A DNA stretch of 64,000 bases from an uncultured bacterium (lineage in GTDB: Bacteria > Omnitrophota > Omnitrophia > Omnitrophales > Aquincolibacteriaceae). Shown piece after piece: positions 1 to 11,025 of this stretch (position 1 is its first letter; each line of letters opens with the position of its first letter). The stretch spans positions 23,824 through 87,823 of the forward strand of contig CAYZYT010000004.1 in NCBI GenBank assembly GCA_964482725.1. Direction: 5' to 3'. Both the position numbers and the translations under genes were made by a program. Under the pieces are notes generated by a model, which made no database searches, was not told where the DNA came from, and saw nothing but the letters and a program-made list of their open reading frames with translations.

Positions 1-3000
1 GTTCAAATCTAACGCCGCTCCACTGCTCACCGTCACGCCTGAAGTATTAAGCGTCCCGTTGCCCAAAGCACCCGCCGCGCCGAGTTGCAAAATACCGCCC
101 GTAACGCTCGTCGCTCCGGTATAAGTGTTGGCTCCGGAAAGAGTGGTCGTCCCGGTCCCGGCCTGCGTGAATGATCCCGTGCCGCTGATCGCGTTGCCGG
201 CTCCGATCGTAAACGCATCGTTCTGGTTGATCGTCAGGTTCCCGCTATTCGATACCAACCCGCTCCCAAGAGCGCCCCCAGCGCCGCCATTCCCGATCTG
301 CAAAGTCCCTGCGGTAATGGTCGTGGTGGTGCTGGCATTGGTGTCACTGGTGAGTGTGAGCTTATCTGTTCCAACTTTCGTCAAACCAAAAGCGCCGTTG
401 ACTCCGCCGCTTAGCGTAATGTCTCCGTTGCTGCTGCCGATACTGCTTGCGGATTGCAATGTCACTGCGCCGCCATACGTCGCCGCTGTGTTGTTACTAT
501 TAGTCAAAGCACCGACTGTACCGGTCGATGTGGTTCCATTGAGATTCAAAGGTACAGCGTTGGCCGTCAGGGCAATCCCGTTCAAATCTAACGCCGCTCC
601 ACTGCTCACCGTCACGCCTGAAGTATTAAGCGTCCCGTTGCCCAAAGCACCCGCCGCGCCGAGTTGCAAAATACCGCCCGTAACGCTTGTCGCGCCGGTG
701 TAGGTGTTCGCTCCGGAAAGAGTGGTCGTCCCGGTCCCTGCTTTGGTGATACCGCCCGCGCCGCTGACAATACCTGTGATCCCAGAAAGGGCGTCGTCGT
801 TATTTACCGTCAACAGCTTGCCCCCGTTATTTACAGCGGCAAGAGTAATCGTCCCCGCCCCACTGACTAACGTTAAATCATCACCAAGCGTGACCGCACC
901 CGTAAATGTAATATCATCGCCCAAGAGACCTCCGCTCGTTACGGTCGTAGGTGCAGCGGCTGTATTCACGACACCGTTGAACCTGAGAGAATGACCCGAG
1001 CTCGTGTAAGTCGTCCCGTTCAAATGAATGTTGGTCGCATTAATATCCTGCGCGCCCGAGGTGAACACGTTGTTCAGGTCCGCCGTAGCTGCGCTCGTAA
1101 CCGTAAAACTCGTCAGATTGTTCGCATGGCCTGCGCTCGTGCCCACAATCCCGCCGACATTCACATCCCCGGCTCCCGCCACGAGATCAAGGGTGAAAGC
1201 GCCGTTGATCGTGCCGGTTCCGTCAAAAATGATGTCGTCCAGAGCGCCGGCGTCGGAGGTGATCGTGCTGTTGGCGGCAAGAGTCGTGGCGCCCGTGAAC
1301 GAAAGAACTCCCACGCCCGTGCTCGTGTACGTCGTCCCGTTCAAATGAATGTTGGTCGCATTAATATCCTGCGCGCCCGCGGTGAACACATTGTTCAGGT
1401 CCGCCGTAGCCGCGCTCGTAACCGTAAAACCCGTCAGATTGTTCGCATGGCCTGCGCTCGTGCCCACAATCCCGCCGACATTCACATTGCCGAGACCGGC
1501 TACGAGATTAAGAGTATTCGCGCCGTTGACTGTACTCGTGAAATCTATATTGCCACCCGCTCCATTAGCTACCGTACCTACTCCGCCGCTGGTATTTATC
1601 GTGACGGCTGTGCCGAGCGTTGCAGGATCACTTAGGGTGACCGTCGCGCCAGCTCCTCCCGTCCCTGTGTTAGACGCTCCGCCAATCGCGGATAAATTAC
1701 CGTTTAAGGTAATGGCCTGGCCGCCGGAAACAAGCGTGATGATCCCGGCCGCTCCGCCGTTAAATCCAGTCCCTGCTCCGCCAGTCGTTGTTATATTGTT
1801 TACTGCCATAGCCCCGTTGTTTGTGTTTATCGTCACCGCTCCACCTGTCCAGCCGGTTCCGGCAGCATTGGCAGCGCCAGTTGTATTTAAATTACCGGCT
1901 AAAGCTACGGTACCGCCACCGCCAGTCACATCTATATCAATAGCGCCGGAAGTCGTTCCCGTTGCGCCCGCGGCTGCAGTGGTCGTGATGGAATGGCCTG
2001 AGTCGAGAGTCACTGCGGTAGTGGCACTGACATCAACCAGGGCTCCCACGGTGGTCACGTCTTCATTAATATTGATCGTGGCGCCCGTTAATGTCGTTGT
2101 TGCACTCCCCGATGCAAGGGATCCATTGGTGGTGAGGGTGCCACTGCCGGCATTGAGCGTTAAGGAGCCATTCGCGACAGCGGTTGATAAAGCTCCCGCA
2201 ACCGTCAAACTATTATTTCTGCTGTTGACGTCTAAATCTCCGCCTAGGGTGGATGTCGCCAATGTGGTATTCACATTATTCACCACGGTCGCATCACCGG
2301 TTGTGCCGCTGGTGCTCAGGGTAATGGCTCCGGCCAAAGCATTCGATGTGTTGTCTAGCGTAATGGCCTTATTGGCTACGTCGGTGGTAAAGCTTGAAGT
2401 GCCTGCCACGGTTAAAGCACCGGTCTGGGTGATCGCCTCGCCTGACCTTGCCGTTAAACTGCCTTCTACGGTGGACAAGCCGAGTTTTAAGGCGGTGGTT
2501 CCGTTATCAACGGCAGCATCCGCGGTGTGAGCGCCGGTGGAAGTGGTGGTAAGAGTGACGCTCCCTGTCACATTGAGCTGATCTAAATTGATGTCGGCAT
2601 TGTCGCCTAATGAGATGAATGCTGCGTCACCCGTTACGGTGAATGTCCCGTTATCCGTGATACCGTTAGTGGTAGCGGTGATGTTTGCATTTCCGCCTAT
2701 GCCGGTATTACTCGTCAGCTGGACATCATCATCATTAACTATAGTGGCATTACCAGAGCCATGGGTATCCAGCGTGATCGCGCCATCAACCCGCAGTAAA
2801 TTAAGATCGATCGCGCCGTTACTGGCGACCGTGGCGAAACTCGCATTACCGGCAACGCTCACGATGCCGCTGTCCGTAATATTATTCCCGGTATGAGCGG
2901 AAAGATCCCCGCCTATCGTTGAAGCGCCAAGGTCTAAGGCCGTGATGCCGTTATCTAAAAGCACATCGCCCGAAGCGCCGCTCGTAGTGAAGCTGACCGC

Positions 3001-6000
3001 CCCCGAAAGTGCGTTGGTATTCCCTAATGTAATCGCTTGATCAGCGACGGTGGTGGCGAAGTTAGACGTGCCACCCACGGTTAAGGCCGTTCCGACGGCT
3101 TGCGTGATCGCGCCGCCGGCGGTTAAATTCAAAATGCCGGTAATGCTGGTTGTTCCCATCTCTAAAGCATTGACATCTACCAGGGTTGCATTGGTTCCGT
3201 TGACAATGCTGACCGCGCCGGTGAAATTATTCGTGGCGGTATTCAGCACGATGCTATTTGCCGCGCCGGGCGTAAGCGTCGTGGTCCCGCTAACAAGAAG
3301 CGCTCCTTCATCGGTGATATTACCGCTGGAAGTCACGACCAAATCGCCGGAGATGGCTGAATCGCCATTGGCATTGCCCAAGATAATGGCATTCGTATCA
3401 TTTAAGGTGACATCGTGGCCGCTTACAACGCGCACACCGCCGGTAAAGTTATTGGCAGCATCAAGCACGATGTTGTTGCCTGAGCCCGCGGTTAAATCCG
3501 TGGTCCCGCCGACAGTCACTGCGCCTGAGTCGCTGATCCCGCCCGCATTTGCCGTAGCGGAAAGATTCCCGCCAATTCCGGTCGCGTTGAAATCAATATC
3601 CGAGGTGTTGACGATGGTGGCATGACCTGTCGCGCCCGTCGTGCTTAATGCAATCTTCCCTGCAACCGCGAGAGTATCTAAATTGATATCCGCATTTGAA
3701 GCCGAAGTGGTGAAGGAAGCATCCCCGCCTACGGTTACGGTGCCGGTGTCGGAAATGGTGCCGTTCGCATCATCGGTTGTTACTGTAAGATCATGGCCGA
3801 TGCCGGACGTGGCAAGGATTGTTCCTCTTGCGCTGGTCGTGTGATTAAAAACAGTCGCATCGCCTGTTCCTCCCGTCGTATTTAATGTAAGATCGCCCAC
3901 AAGGTCGTTGGCCGCATTGGTCATGATGATGTCAGCGCCACTGCCCGCAGAGAAGGTCGTAGAACCTGAGGCTGTGCTGCACGTCACTTTTGAACCTAAA
4001 TTTAAATCGCCCGCTGTGGTGGCCACGGTCCCGGCCACGTTAATGACGCTGGGAGCTGCTGCAATGACACCATTCCCAAAAGTCGTGACGTCACCGGATT
4101 CATTTCCAAGGGTCACCGTGCCGCCATTCAAAAAGGTTGTCGTTCCGGCTATCGAATTCGTTGTGCCAGTAATGGATACGTTGTACCCATTGGCGGTTGT
4201 GGTCAATGCCGTGGTGACTGTCAAATTTCCCGCAAACGATACCGTCGTTCCATCCGCAGTGTCCGTGATCAGGAGGTTCTTCGCATCCACCGAACTGCCA
4301 AAAGACGTTCCGCCTGATTGCGTGATCGTCAACTGATCAAGCGCGTTCCCCGAGGCACCCACAGCGCCGCCGACACTGACTGCTCCGGTGGTATTGATGA
4401 TCAAGGTTTCAGAACCAGCCGCCGCATCACCGAGCACCGAAGACAGGTTGATCGCGTTATTAATTCCGGTACCGACGGTGAGTTGCTTGGTGTTGTTGAG
4501 AGTGACCGCGCCAAGAGTGATAGCACCGGTAGAAGCTCCGCCGATTGCGACAACATCTGTGACTGTGACACCCGTGGAACCGAGGTTGATAACGCCGCTT
4601 GTTGCCGTAATCGTCCCAGCGATATTCTTCAAACCCGAAGTGGCTACCACGCCAGCCGCGAAGGTGTTTGAATCGCCAACCGCGTCGCCGATCGTCGTCG
4701 TGCCACTGTTCAAAAACGTCGTCGTCCCGGCAATCGAATTGGTCCCCCCGGTGAGGGATACATTATAACCACGGGCTGTTGTGATCAACCCCGTGTTGAT
4801 GATGGTATCCCCCGCAAAGAGAATCGTTCCACCATTTGATGTGTCTGAAATGGTTACTGTGTTGGCTTTAACAAGCCCAGAAAATGTAACGCCTAAAGTG
4901 CTACGTGTGATGGTAACATCCCCGGCTGTCGTTGTTCCAATGTCGCCTGTAGTTACGAGACCGCCGGCCTCTGTGATAGTCAAACCGCCGGTAAGATCGA
5001 CCATGGTGCCCATGTTGATCGCGATACTACTCGCTGCAGTTGACCCTATATTAAGTTTGTTGCCGCCGCTTGTAACATTTCCGATGGTCAAAAGGCCCGT
5101 GGCCGCGCCTGCGCCTGGAACAGCATTAATAGTAGCAACGCCCGATAAAGACACGCTATCAAAGGCCAATCCCTGAACACCCGAAGTTGTAAGGGCGCTC
5201 CCTATCCCTAGGGTTAGCGTATTACCACCCCCGATATTCAAAATGCCGAGACCCTGAGTCACGCCCGCGCCTCCGCTCAACCTGTCGGAATTAATTCTGG
5301 CATCGCCAGTCATCGTTACATCGCGACCAAAATCGAGGCCCGTATCATTGGCAAGACTCAAAATACCGCCTGACATCGAGACGGAGGCGGCACCCGTGCC
5401 CAAGGCCTGATTGCTGGTCGTCGCTTTAAGCGTGCCGGCAGAAATGGAAGTAACACCTGTGTAGGTATTAACGCCCGAAAGAGTTTGGGTGCTGGCGCCA
5501 TCTTTGTATAATCCGCCGGTCCCTGAAATTACGCCTGCAAAATTCGTGGTTCCCGTTGTCGCCCCGATTGTCAAAGTTTTCGCGTTGAGATTGACAAGAG
5601 AAGTTGTCGCGCCGGTAAGAGAAGCTATCGCTTGGTCTTCCCCAAGCGCCAACTTAGAACCCCCCGCACCCGAATCATCTATCGTTACGGCGCTGCGTGT
5701 CGCTGCGGGCATTGCCCCTGCCACATTCGCGTTCAAAATTCCAAGGCCTGCTCCCGAGGTGCTACGAATCGTCGTCGGTCCCACATAAGAATTTGCGACA
5801 TCGAGATTGACCGTCACACCATCCACCACAAGGTCGGAATTGGCGGAAGCTCCGCTGATACCTATCGTGTTCACCGTGATCGCGTTTGTTCCGGTTAACG
5901 TTAGTGTGGTTCCGTTTTTGATCAAGCCGCCTGAAAGCGTCAGTGTGCCAGTGCCGGTGTTGCTGATCGTGCCGTTGCCAGCTCCGATAGTCACGGCCTT

Positions 6001-9000
6001 AGCCAGTGTGCCCGTCGCCCCTGTGTATTGCAACGTCCCTCCACCAATGCTTAGGGCCGTATTTTCTCCCAGCGACTGGGCAGCGGTGGCGCTCGCATTA
6101 ACCGTGTTGATGCTTAATATCCCCCCCGCGATCGAAGTTAACCCGGTGTAAGTGTTCAAGCCGGAGCCAGCGAGCGTCACTGTATCCGCCGTTGTTTTAT
6201 TAAGACCCACCGCCCCCGCCAAAACGGATTCAACCAAACCTCTCCGCATGTCATAGGTTGTAGCGCTGGCCAGGGCTGAAGTACCCGACCCGGTAATCCT
6301 GCCTCCATTCAGCAAAGTGATCGAGGCAACGGTGTCGCTGTGATCAACGCCAAGGGCAAAGATAGCGTTCTCGCCGTTCACCGTGAGCGCACTTAAATCA
6401 GAAATCGATCCGGTGGCGCCTTCAGCCAGCGTCCCGTTCGTAACAAGTGTCGCGCCGGTATAAGTATTGGCGCCGGAGAGCGTCCAAGTGCCTGCATCGT
6501 TCTTGGTCAGTGTGCCGGAACCCGTGGTGATCGTCCCGCTGATCAAGCCATTGCCCGCACCTTCAAGCGTAAGATTCTTGTTCGTCGCAGTGATTGCATT
6601 GGCCGCATTGAGTGTGAGCGTGTCCGCATCCGACTGGATCGTTGAATTGTCTACCAGAGTCACCGTACCACCCCAGGTGTTGGAGCCGCTGATATTACGA
6701 AGAGCTCCGTTAGAGCTCACACCACTGCCCGAGAGGCTCAACGTCTCAGCGCCCACCGTGATACCGTTCTGCAATTCAAGAGCAGCGCCACTGGTCACCG
6801 TCACGCCACCGGCTGTGGTCCCCGTGCCCTGCGCGTTCTGGATATTCAACACGCCCGCGTTCACGGCAGTCGCGCCGGTATAGGTGTTCTCACCAGAAAG
6901 TGTCACTGTATCAGTCGTCGTCTTGGTCAAGCCAACGCTACCCCCGAGGATAGCCGAAGCAGAACCGTTCCGCACATCATAGGTGGCACCACTGGTCAAA
7001 GCCGATGTGCCGGTCCCCGTAATGCTTCCGCCGCTTAGGATCACCGATCCCACCGTGTTGGTGTGATCCGCCCCGAGAGCCAACGTGCCGCCAATGGTCA
7101 AGGGTCTTGTGTTGCCGATCTGGTTGCTCTGAAGCAACCTTACCTCGGCTCCGGAGCTTATTGAAAAAGTATTTACAGAACCGGGAATAGCTTCCGCCAA
7201 GGTGGTGTTTAATTCCAAGACACCTCCCTGGACATAAATGGAAGGGGTAAAAGTATTCGCACCGGTCAGGGTGAGCGTTCCTGAGTCCAGCTTGGTGAGA
7301 AGCCCGCCTCCTCCCGAAATGATGCCTGAAAGCGTCAGATCGCTCGTACCTGAAACCGTCAATCGATTCCCCTGAGTGTTTATATCATTACTTACGGAAC
7401 GCGTACCGCTCGCTTGGAGAGTGCCGTCACTGGCGCCAACAGTGAGCGTGCCTATCCCTAGCGCACTATTATTACCAAGAACAAGCGTGCCTCCCGAAAG
7501 CGAGGTCCCCCCGGTATAAGTGTTTGCGCCGGAGAGCGTCACGGTATCCGCCGTCGTCTTGGCCAAACCATTGCCCCCCCCGAGGATAGCCGAAGCAGAA
7601 CCGTTCCGCATATCGAAGGCCGCTGTGCTGGTTAACGTGCCGCCGGTTCCCGTGATGCTGCCGCTGGTCAGAGCGACAGATGCAACCGTGTCGCTGTAAT
7701 TTCCTATCGCCAGAGTTCCACCCGCTACCGTCAATGCCGCCCCATCTGCCAATCTATCCGCCGCCCCCAATGTCAAAGTTCCACCGTTGATATGGACTGT
7801 CCCGGCATCCGACGAGCCGTTCAATGCCGTGCTGCCGCTGGTCTGTGTCAGCGTGCCTGCGCCCAAGTCGGCGTCGATCGTGCCACCTGTGAACCCATAA
7901 GTCGTTGCGGTTAGTTCCCCTGCGCCGCTGATCGTACCGCCGCTGACGAGACTCGCAACGGTTTCCGCAGCGCCCACGCTCAACGTCGCGCCACTTGCTA
8001 CCGTCACTGCGGATGTGTCCGCAATCGCCGTACCCCCTGAAAGTGACAGCGTTCCCGCGCTCACCGCTGTCGTGCCGGTGTAGGTGTTGGTGTTGGTTAA
8101 AGCGAGAGTGCCTGCGCCAGATTTTGTAAGACCTGCGGTGTTACTACTATCGATAATCCCGCCGAGTGTCACAATCTGGCTGTTGGTATCTAATTTGATG
8201 GCGGCCGCCGTGCTGTTCTTGATGCGTATCGCATAATCCGTTCCCGCACTGGCGGCACTGTACTGCAGTGTCCCTCCGGAAAATGTAATATCTCCTCCGT
8301 TGCCTAACGCACCGGAGCCAGCCGCATCGCCAACGCCGGCATTCAGGGTTCCGGCGCTGAGCGTGGTCGCGCCGGTATAAGTATTGGCGCCGGAGAGCGT
8401 CCAAGTGCCTGAGTCGTTCTTGGTCAGTGTGCCGGCACCCGTGGTGATCGTCCCGCTGATCAAGCCATTGCCCGCACCTTCAAGCGTAAGATTCTTGTTC
8501 GTCGCAGTGATTGCATTGGCCGCATTGAGTGTGAGCGTGTCCGCATCCGACTGGATCGTTGAATTGTCTACCAGAGTCACCGTACCACCCCAGGTGTTGG
8601 AGCCGCTGATATTACGAAGAGCTCCGTTAGAGCTCACACCACTGCCCGAGAGGCTCAACGTCTCAGCGCCCACCGTGATACCGTTCTGCAATTCAAGAGC
8701 AGCGCCGCTGGCCACCGTCACTCCACCGGCTGTGGTCCCCGTACCCTGGCTATTCCGAATATTCAACACGCCCGCGTCCACGGCAGTCGCGCCGGTATAA
8801 GTATTGGTGCCAGAGAGCGTCCAAGTGCCTGCATCGTTCTTGGTCAGTGTGCCGGAACCCGTGGTGATCGTCCCGCTGATCAAGCCATTGCCCGCACCTT
8901 CAAGCGTAAGATTCTTGTTCGTCGCAGTGATTGCATTGGCCGCATTGAGTGTGAGCGTGTCCGCATCCGACTGGATCGTTGAATTGTCTACCAGAGTCAC

Positions 9001-11025
9001 CGTACCACCCCAGGTGTTGGAGCCGCTGATATTACGAAGAGCTCCGTTAGAGCTCACACCACTGCCCGAGAGGCTCAACGTCTCAGCGCCCACCGTGATA
9101 CCGTTCTGCAATTCAAGAGCAGCGCCGCTGGCCACCGTCACTCCACCGGCTGTGGTCCCCGTACCCTGGCTATTCCGAATATTCAACACGCCCGCGTCCA
9201 CGGCAGTCGCGCCGGTATAGGTGTTGGCGCCGGAGAGCGTCACTGTATCAGTCGTCGTCTTGGTCAAGCCAACGCTACCCCCGAGGATAGCCGAAGCAGA
9301 ACCGTTCCGCACATCATAGGTGGCACCACTGGTCAAAGCCGATGTGCCGGTCCCCGTAATGCTTCCGCCGCTTAGGATCACTGATCCCACCGTGTCGGTG
9401 CGATTCGCCCCGAGAGCCAAGGTGCCGCCAGCAACTGTCAATGCGGCCGCATCGTCTAAACGATTATTGGCACCAAGCGCAAGAGTACCGCTGTTGATGT
9501 TCACGGTCGTCCCGGCTTCTGTCCCGTTCAGTGTCGTTGTCCCACTTGTAACTGTCACTGTGCCCGCGCCAAGATTCGCGTCCACCGTACCCGCTTGAAG
9601 AGCATACGTCGCGGCCGTCAACGTTTGGCCCGCGCCACCCAACGTACCGCCGGTCTGTGTATATCCAGCTACACCTTCAGCGCCCGCCAGGGTTAATGTC
9701 CCACCCGCCACGGTCAAGGTCGAAGCAGCATTCAACCGCCCCGCAGAACCAAGACCGACTGTTCCGTTGGAAGTAACCGCACCATCGCCAAGCATTGCAT
9801 TCACTGTCCCGCCGGTCAGGCCGTACGTCGTGGCCGTGAGAGTCCCCGTTGGCGCATTCAGCGAACCTCCGCTCATGTTAAATACGCCGACCGTGTCAGT
9901 ATTCGCTCCGTTCATATCTAAAATACCTGTCCCAGAAACCGTAACCGTCGCCGAATTATCCAAACGATTACTTGAGCCAAGCGTTAACGTCCCGGCGCTG
10001 ATCCCCACTGTCGTAGCGCCCGAAGCCCCGTTTAATGCCGTCGAGCCGGTCACATTCATCGTCCCGGTACCGAGATTGGCCGTCACCGTGCCACCGCTTA
10101 ATCCATAAGTCCCGGCTGTGATTGTGCCCGTGCCGTTGAGAGAACCACTGCTCATATTGAATGTCCCTACAGTATCGGTCAATCCTGCGCCGGTATCTAA
10201 AATGCCTCCAGCAACGGTAACTGTGGATGTATCAATGATCTGGTTTGATTGAACCAGCTCTGCTGTGCCACCGTTGACTGTCAGATTGCCAGCTATCGAA
10301 TTATTACCCGTGGTATTTAAATCCAGTTCGCCCGCCGTCACCGTCGTAAGGCCGGTATAAATATTTGCGCCCGAGAGAACCCAAGTGCCGTTGCCGCTTT
10401 TTGTCACGGCTCGCGTGCCACCGTCTGCTCCATTGCTAATAATGCCGCTGACGGTGTTATTGCCCGTGTCTGTGCCGGTCAGGATAAGTGTCTTTGCGCC
10501 ATTGCCTACACCTGTTATATCTCCAGTGATATTCAATAGAAATTCATCATTAGCACCGTTATTCGTAACGGTGTAATTTCCCGTGTAGGACTGTTTGATA
10601 TCGGCTGCAATAGTTTGTGTCTGCACGACACCGTTATTCACCGTGATCGAACCACCGGCTGTGTTTACCAGGATCTCTTGGGATCCAGCGCCACCCGTAC
10701 CGATCGTATAACTCGCGGCACTAGCCGTATCGAAAATTATTCCTAAAACTGCTGCCCCGCTAACATTGATCCCGGCGACTCCTGCGCCGGCCGCCCCACT
10801 AAATGTCGCAGTATTTGTAGCAAGCGGAAACGCTTTGCCGCCCCAGTTCGCATCAAGATTCCACACATCAGACGTCGTACCCGTCCATGTAGCATCTGCC
10901 GCAAACGCGGGGGTCACGGGTGAAAAGACGAGGGAAAGGGCGGCAACGATGGCAAGGAGCTTTTTCGCCGGCCCTTTTTTCTGGGGCGAGGGATGATTCC
11001 CGAAAAGTTTTTTAAGAGTGATCAT
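1..11025 (-). CDS. Giant secreted repeat protein built from autotransporter-associated beta-strand (PATR-type) repeats; N-terminus at 11025, C-terminus beyond the window start (partial, at least 3670 codons)
   Basis: Manual minus-strand translation starts with ATG at 11025..11023, preceded by AAGGAG 9 nt upstream. The N-terminus is MITLKKLFGNHPSPQKKGPAKKLLAIVAALSLVFSPVTPAFA followed by ADATWTG, a signal peptide with an AFA-AD cleavage site. Many units of the form G-T-W-T-L-S-G-x-N-T-Y-T-G-x-T-x-V-x-A-G-x-L-x-L follow. Spot translations at 8384-8450 and 1-170 are in the same frame and still show PATR-like units. It is absent from the ORF track because it has no in-window stop; the long P/V/A-rich plus-strand ORFs there are antisense artefacts. 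Confidence 0.8.
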   Translation of the reverse strand, partial: MITLKKLFGNHPSPQKKGPAKKLLAIVAALSLVFSPVTPAFAADATWTGTTSDVWNLDANWGGKAFPLATNTATFSGAAGAGVAGINVSGAAVLGIIFDTASAASYTIGTGGAGSQEILVNTAGGSITVNNGVVQTQTIAADIKQSYTGNYTVTNNGANDEFLLNITGDITGVGNGAKTLILTGTDTGNNTVSGIISNGADGGTRAVTKSGNGTWVLSGANIYTGLTTVTAGELDLNTTGNNSIAGNLTVNGGTAELVQSNQIIDTSTVTVAGGILDTGAGLTDTVGTFNMSSGSLNGTGTITAGTYGLSGGTVTANLGTGTMNVTGSTALNGASGATTVGISAGTLTLGSSNRLDNSATVTVSGTGILDMNGANTDTVGVFNMSGGSLNAPTGTLTATTYGLTGGTVNAMLGDGAVTSNGTVGLGSAGRLNAASTLTVAGGTLTLAGAEGVAGYTQTGGTLGGAGQTLTAATYALQAGTVDANLGAGTVTVTSGTTTLNGTEAGTTVNINSGTLALGANNRLDDAAALTVAGGTLALGANRTDTVGSVILSGGSITGTGTSALTSGATYDVRNGSASAILGGSVGLTKTTTDTVTLSGANTYTGATAVDAGVLNIRNSQGTGTTAGGVTVASGAALELQNGITVGAETLSLSGSGVSSNGALRNISGSNTWGGTVTLVDNSTIQSDADTLTLNAANAITATNKNLTLEGAGNGLISGTITTGSGTLTKNDAGTWTLSGTNTYTGATAVDAGVLNIRNSQGTGTTAGGVTVASGAALELQNGITVGAETLSLSGSGVSSNGALRNISGSNTWGGTVTLVDNSTIQSDADTLTLNAANAITATNKNLTLEGAGNGLISGTITTGAGTLTKNDSGTWTLSGANTYTGATTLSAGTLNAGVGDAAGSGALGNGGDITFSGGTLQYSAASAGTDYAIRIKNSTAAAIKLDTNSQIVTLGGIIDSSNTAGLTKSGAGTLALTNTNTYTGTTAVSAGTLSLSGGTAIADTSAVTVASGATLSVGAAETVASLVSGGTISGAGELTATTYGFTGGTIDADLGAGTLTQTSGSTALNGSSDAGTVHINGGTLTLGAADRLADGAALTVAGGTLAIGNYSDTVASVALTSGSITGTGGTLTSTAAFDMRNGSASAILGGGNGLAKTTADTVTLSGANTYTGGTSLSGGTLVLGNNSALGIGTLTVGASDGTLQASGTRSVSNDINTQGNRLTVSGTSDLTLSGIISGGGGLLTKLDSGTLTLTGANTFTPSIYVQGGVLELNTTLAEAIPGSVNTFSISSGAEVRLLQSNQIGNTRPLTIGGTLALGADHTNTVGSVILSGGSITGTGTSALTSGATYDVRNGSASAILGGSVGLTKTTTDTVTLSGENTYTGATAVNAGVLNIQNAQGTGTTAGGVTVTSGAALELQNGITVGAETLSLSGSGVSSNGALRNISGSNTWGGTVTLVDNSTIQSDADTLTLNAANAITATNKNLTLEGAGNGLISGTITTGSGTLTKNDAGTWTLSGANTYTGATLVTNGTLAEGATGSISDLSALTVNGENAIFALGVDHSDTVASITLLNGGRITGSGTSALASATTYDMRRGLVESVLAGAVGLNKTTADTVTLAGSGLNTYTGLTSIAGGILSINTVNASATAAQSLGENTALSIGGGTLQYTGATGTLAKAVTIGAGNGTISNTGTGTLTLSGGLIKNGTTLTLTGTNAITVNTIGISGASANSDLVVDGVTVNLDVANSYVGPTTIRSTSGAGLGILNANVAGAMPAATRSAVTIDDSGAGGSKLALGEDQAIASLTGATTSLVNLNAKTLTIGATTGTTNFAGVISGTGGLYKDGASTQTLSGVNTYTGVTSISAGTLKATTSNQALGTGAASVSMSGGILSLANDTGLDFGRDVTMTGDARINSDRLSGGAGVTQGLGILNIGGGNTLTLGIGSALTTSGVQGLAFDSVSLSGVATINAVPGAGAATGLLTIGNVTSGGNKLNIGSTAASSIAINMGTMVDLTGGLTITEAGGLVTTGDIGTTTAGDVTITRSTLGVTFSGLVKANTVTISDTSNGGTILFAGDTIINTGLITTARGYNVSLTGGTNSIAGTTTFLNSGTTTIGDAVGDSNTFAAGVVATSGLKNIAGTITATSGVINLGSTGVTVTDVVAIGGASTGAITLGAVTLNNTKQLTVGTGINNAINLSSVLGDAAAGSETLIINTTGAVSVGGAVGASGNALDQLTITQSGGTSFGSSVDAKNLLITDTADGTTVSFAGNLTVTTALTTTANGYNVSITGTTNSIAGTTTFLNGGTVTLGNESGDVTTFGNGVIAAAPSVINVAGTVATTAGDLNLGSKVTCSTASGSTTFSAGSGADIIMTNAANDLVGDLTLNTTGGTGDATVFNHTTSARGTILATSGIGHDLTVTTDDANGTISDTGTVTVGGDASFTTSASNADINLDTLAVAGKIALSTTGATGHATIVNTSDIDFNATGIGGNLSATANAGGISDSGAVTVGGTTDLTAGSGNNIVLDAANNFTGGVRVVSGHDVTLNDTNAIILGNANGDSAISGDLVVTSSGNITDEGALLVSGTTTLTPGAANSIVLNTATNNFTGAVSIVNGTNATLVDVNALEMGTTSITGILNLTAGGAITQAVGTALTVGGTSNFATTVADQAITLGNTNALSGAVSFTTSGASGDVLLDNGITALDLGASTIGGDLSAHTGNNITDSGIVSVAGNASFATVASNGAIDLNLLRVDGAITLDTHGSGNATIVNDDDVQLTSNTGIGGNANITATTNGITDNGTFTVTGDAAFISLGDNADINLDQLNVTGSVTLTTTSTGAHTADAAVDNGTTALKLGLSTVEGSLTARSGEAITQTGALTVAGTSSFTTDVANKAITLDNTSNALAGAITLSTSGTTGDATVVNNVNTTLATSTLGGDLDVNSRNNSLTVAGALSTAVANGSLTLNAGSGTLTTNGSLASGSATTTLTGATININEDVTTVGALVDVSATTAVTLDSGHSITTTAAAGATGTTSGAIDIDVTGGGGTVALAGNLNTTGAANAAGTGWTGGAVTINTNNGAMAVNNITTTGGAGTGFNGGAAGIITLVSGGQAITLNGNLSAIGGASNTGTGGAGATVTLSDPATLGTAVTINTSGGVGTVANGAGGNIDFTSTVNGANTLNLVAGLGNVNVGGIVGTSAGHANNLTGFTVTSAATADLNNVFTAGAQDINATNIHLNGTTYTSTGVGVLSFTGATTLAANSTITSDAGALDDIIFDGTGTINGAFTLDLVAGAGDVNVGGIVGTSAGHANNLTSFTVTSAATADLNNVFTSGAQDINATNIHLNGTTYTSSGHSLRFNGVVNTAAAPTTVTSGGLLGDDITFTGAVTLGDDLTLVSGAGTITLAAVNNGGKLLTVNNDDALSGITGIVSGAGGITKAGTGTTTLSGANTYTGATSVTGGILQLGAAGALGNGTLNTSGVTVSSGAALDLNGIALTANAVPLNLNGTTSTGTVGALTNSNNTAATYGGAVTLQSASSIGSSNGDITLSGGVNGAFGLTKVGTDKLTLTSDTNASTTTTITAGTLQIGNGGAGGALGSGLVSNSGNLTINQNDAFTIGAGNAISGTGSFTQAGTGTTTLSGANTYTGATSVTGGILQLGAAGALGNGTLNTSGVTVSSGAALDLN

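Noticed and set aside
125-10996. Many long plus-strand ORFs (for example 1349-2530, 393 aa) with P/V/A/T-rich translations
   Set aside because: They are antisense to the minus-strand PATR gene. Their composition is the mirror of Gly/Thr/Ala codons, and the minus frame gives a coherent signal peptide plus repeat protein. The minus ORFs listed at 33-218 and 8147-8404 are in other frames and are also rejected.
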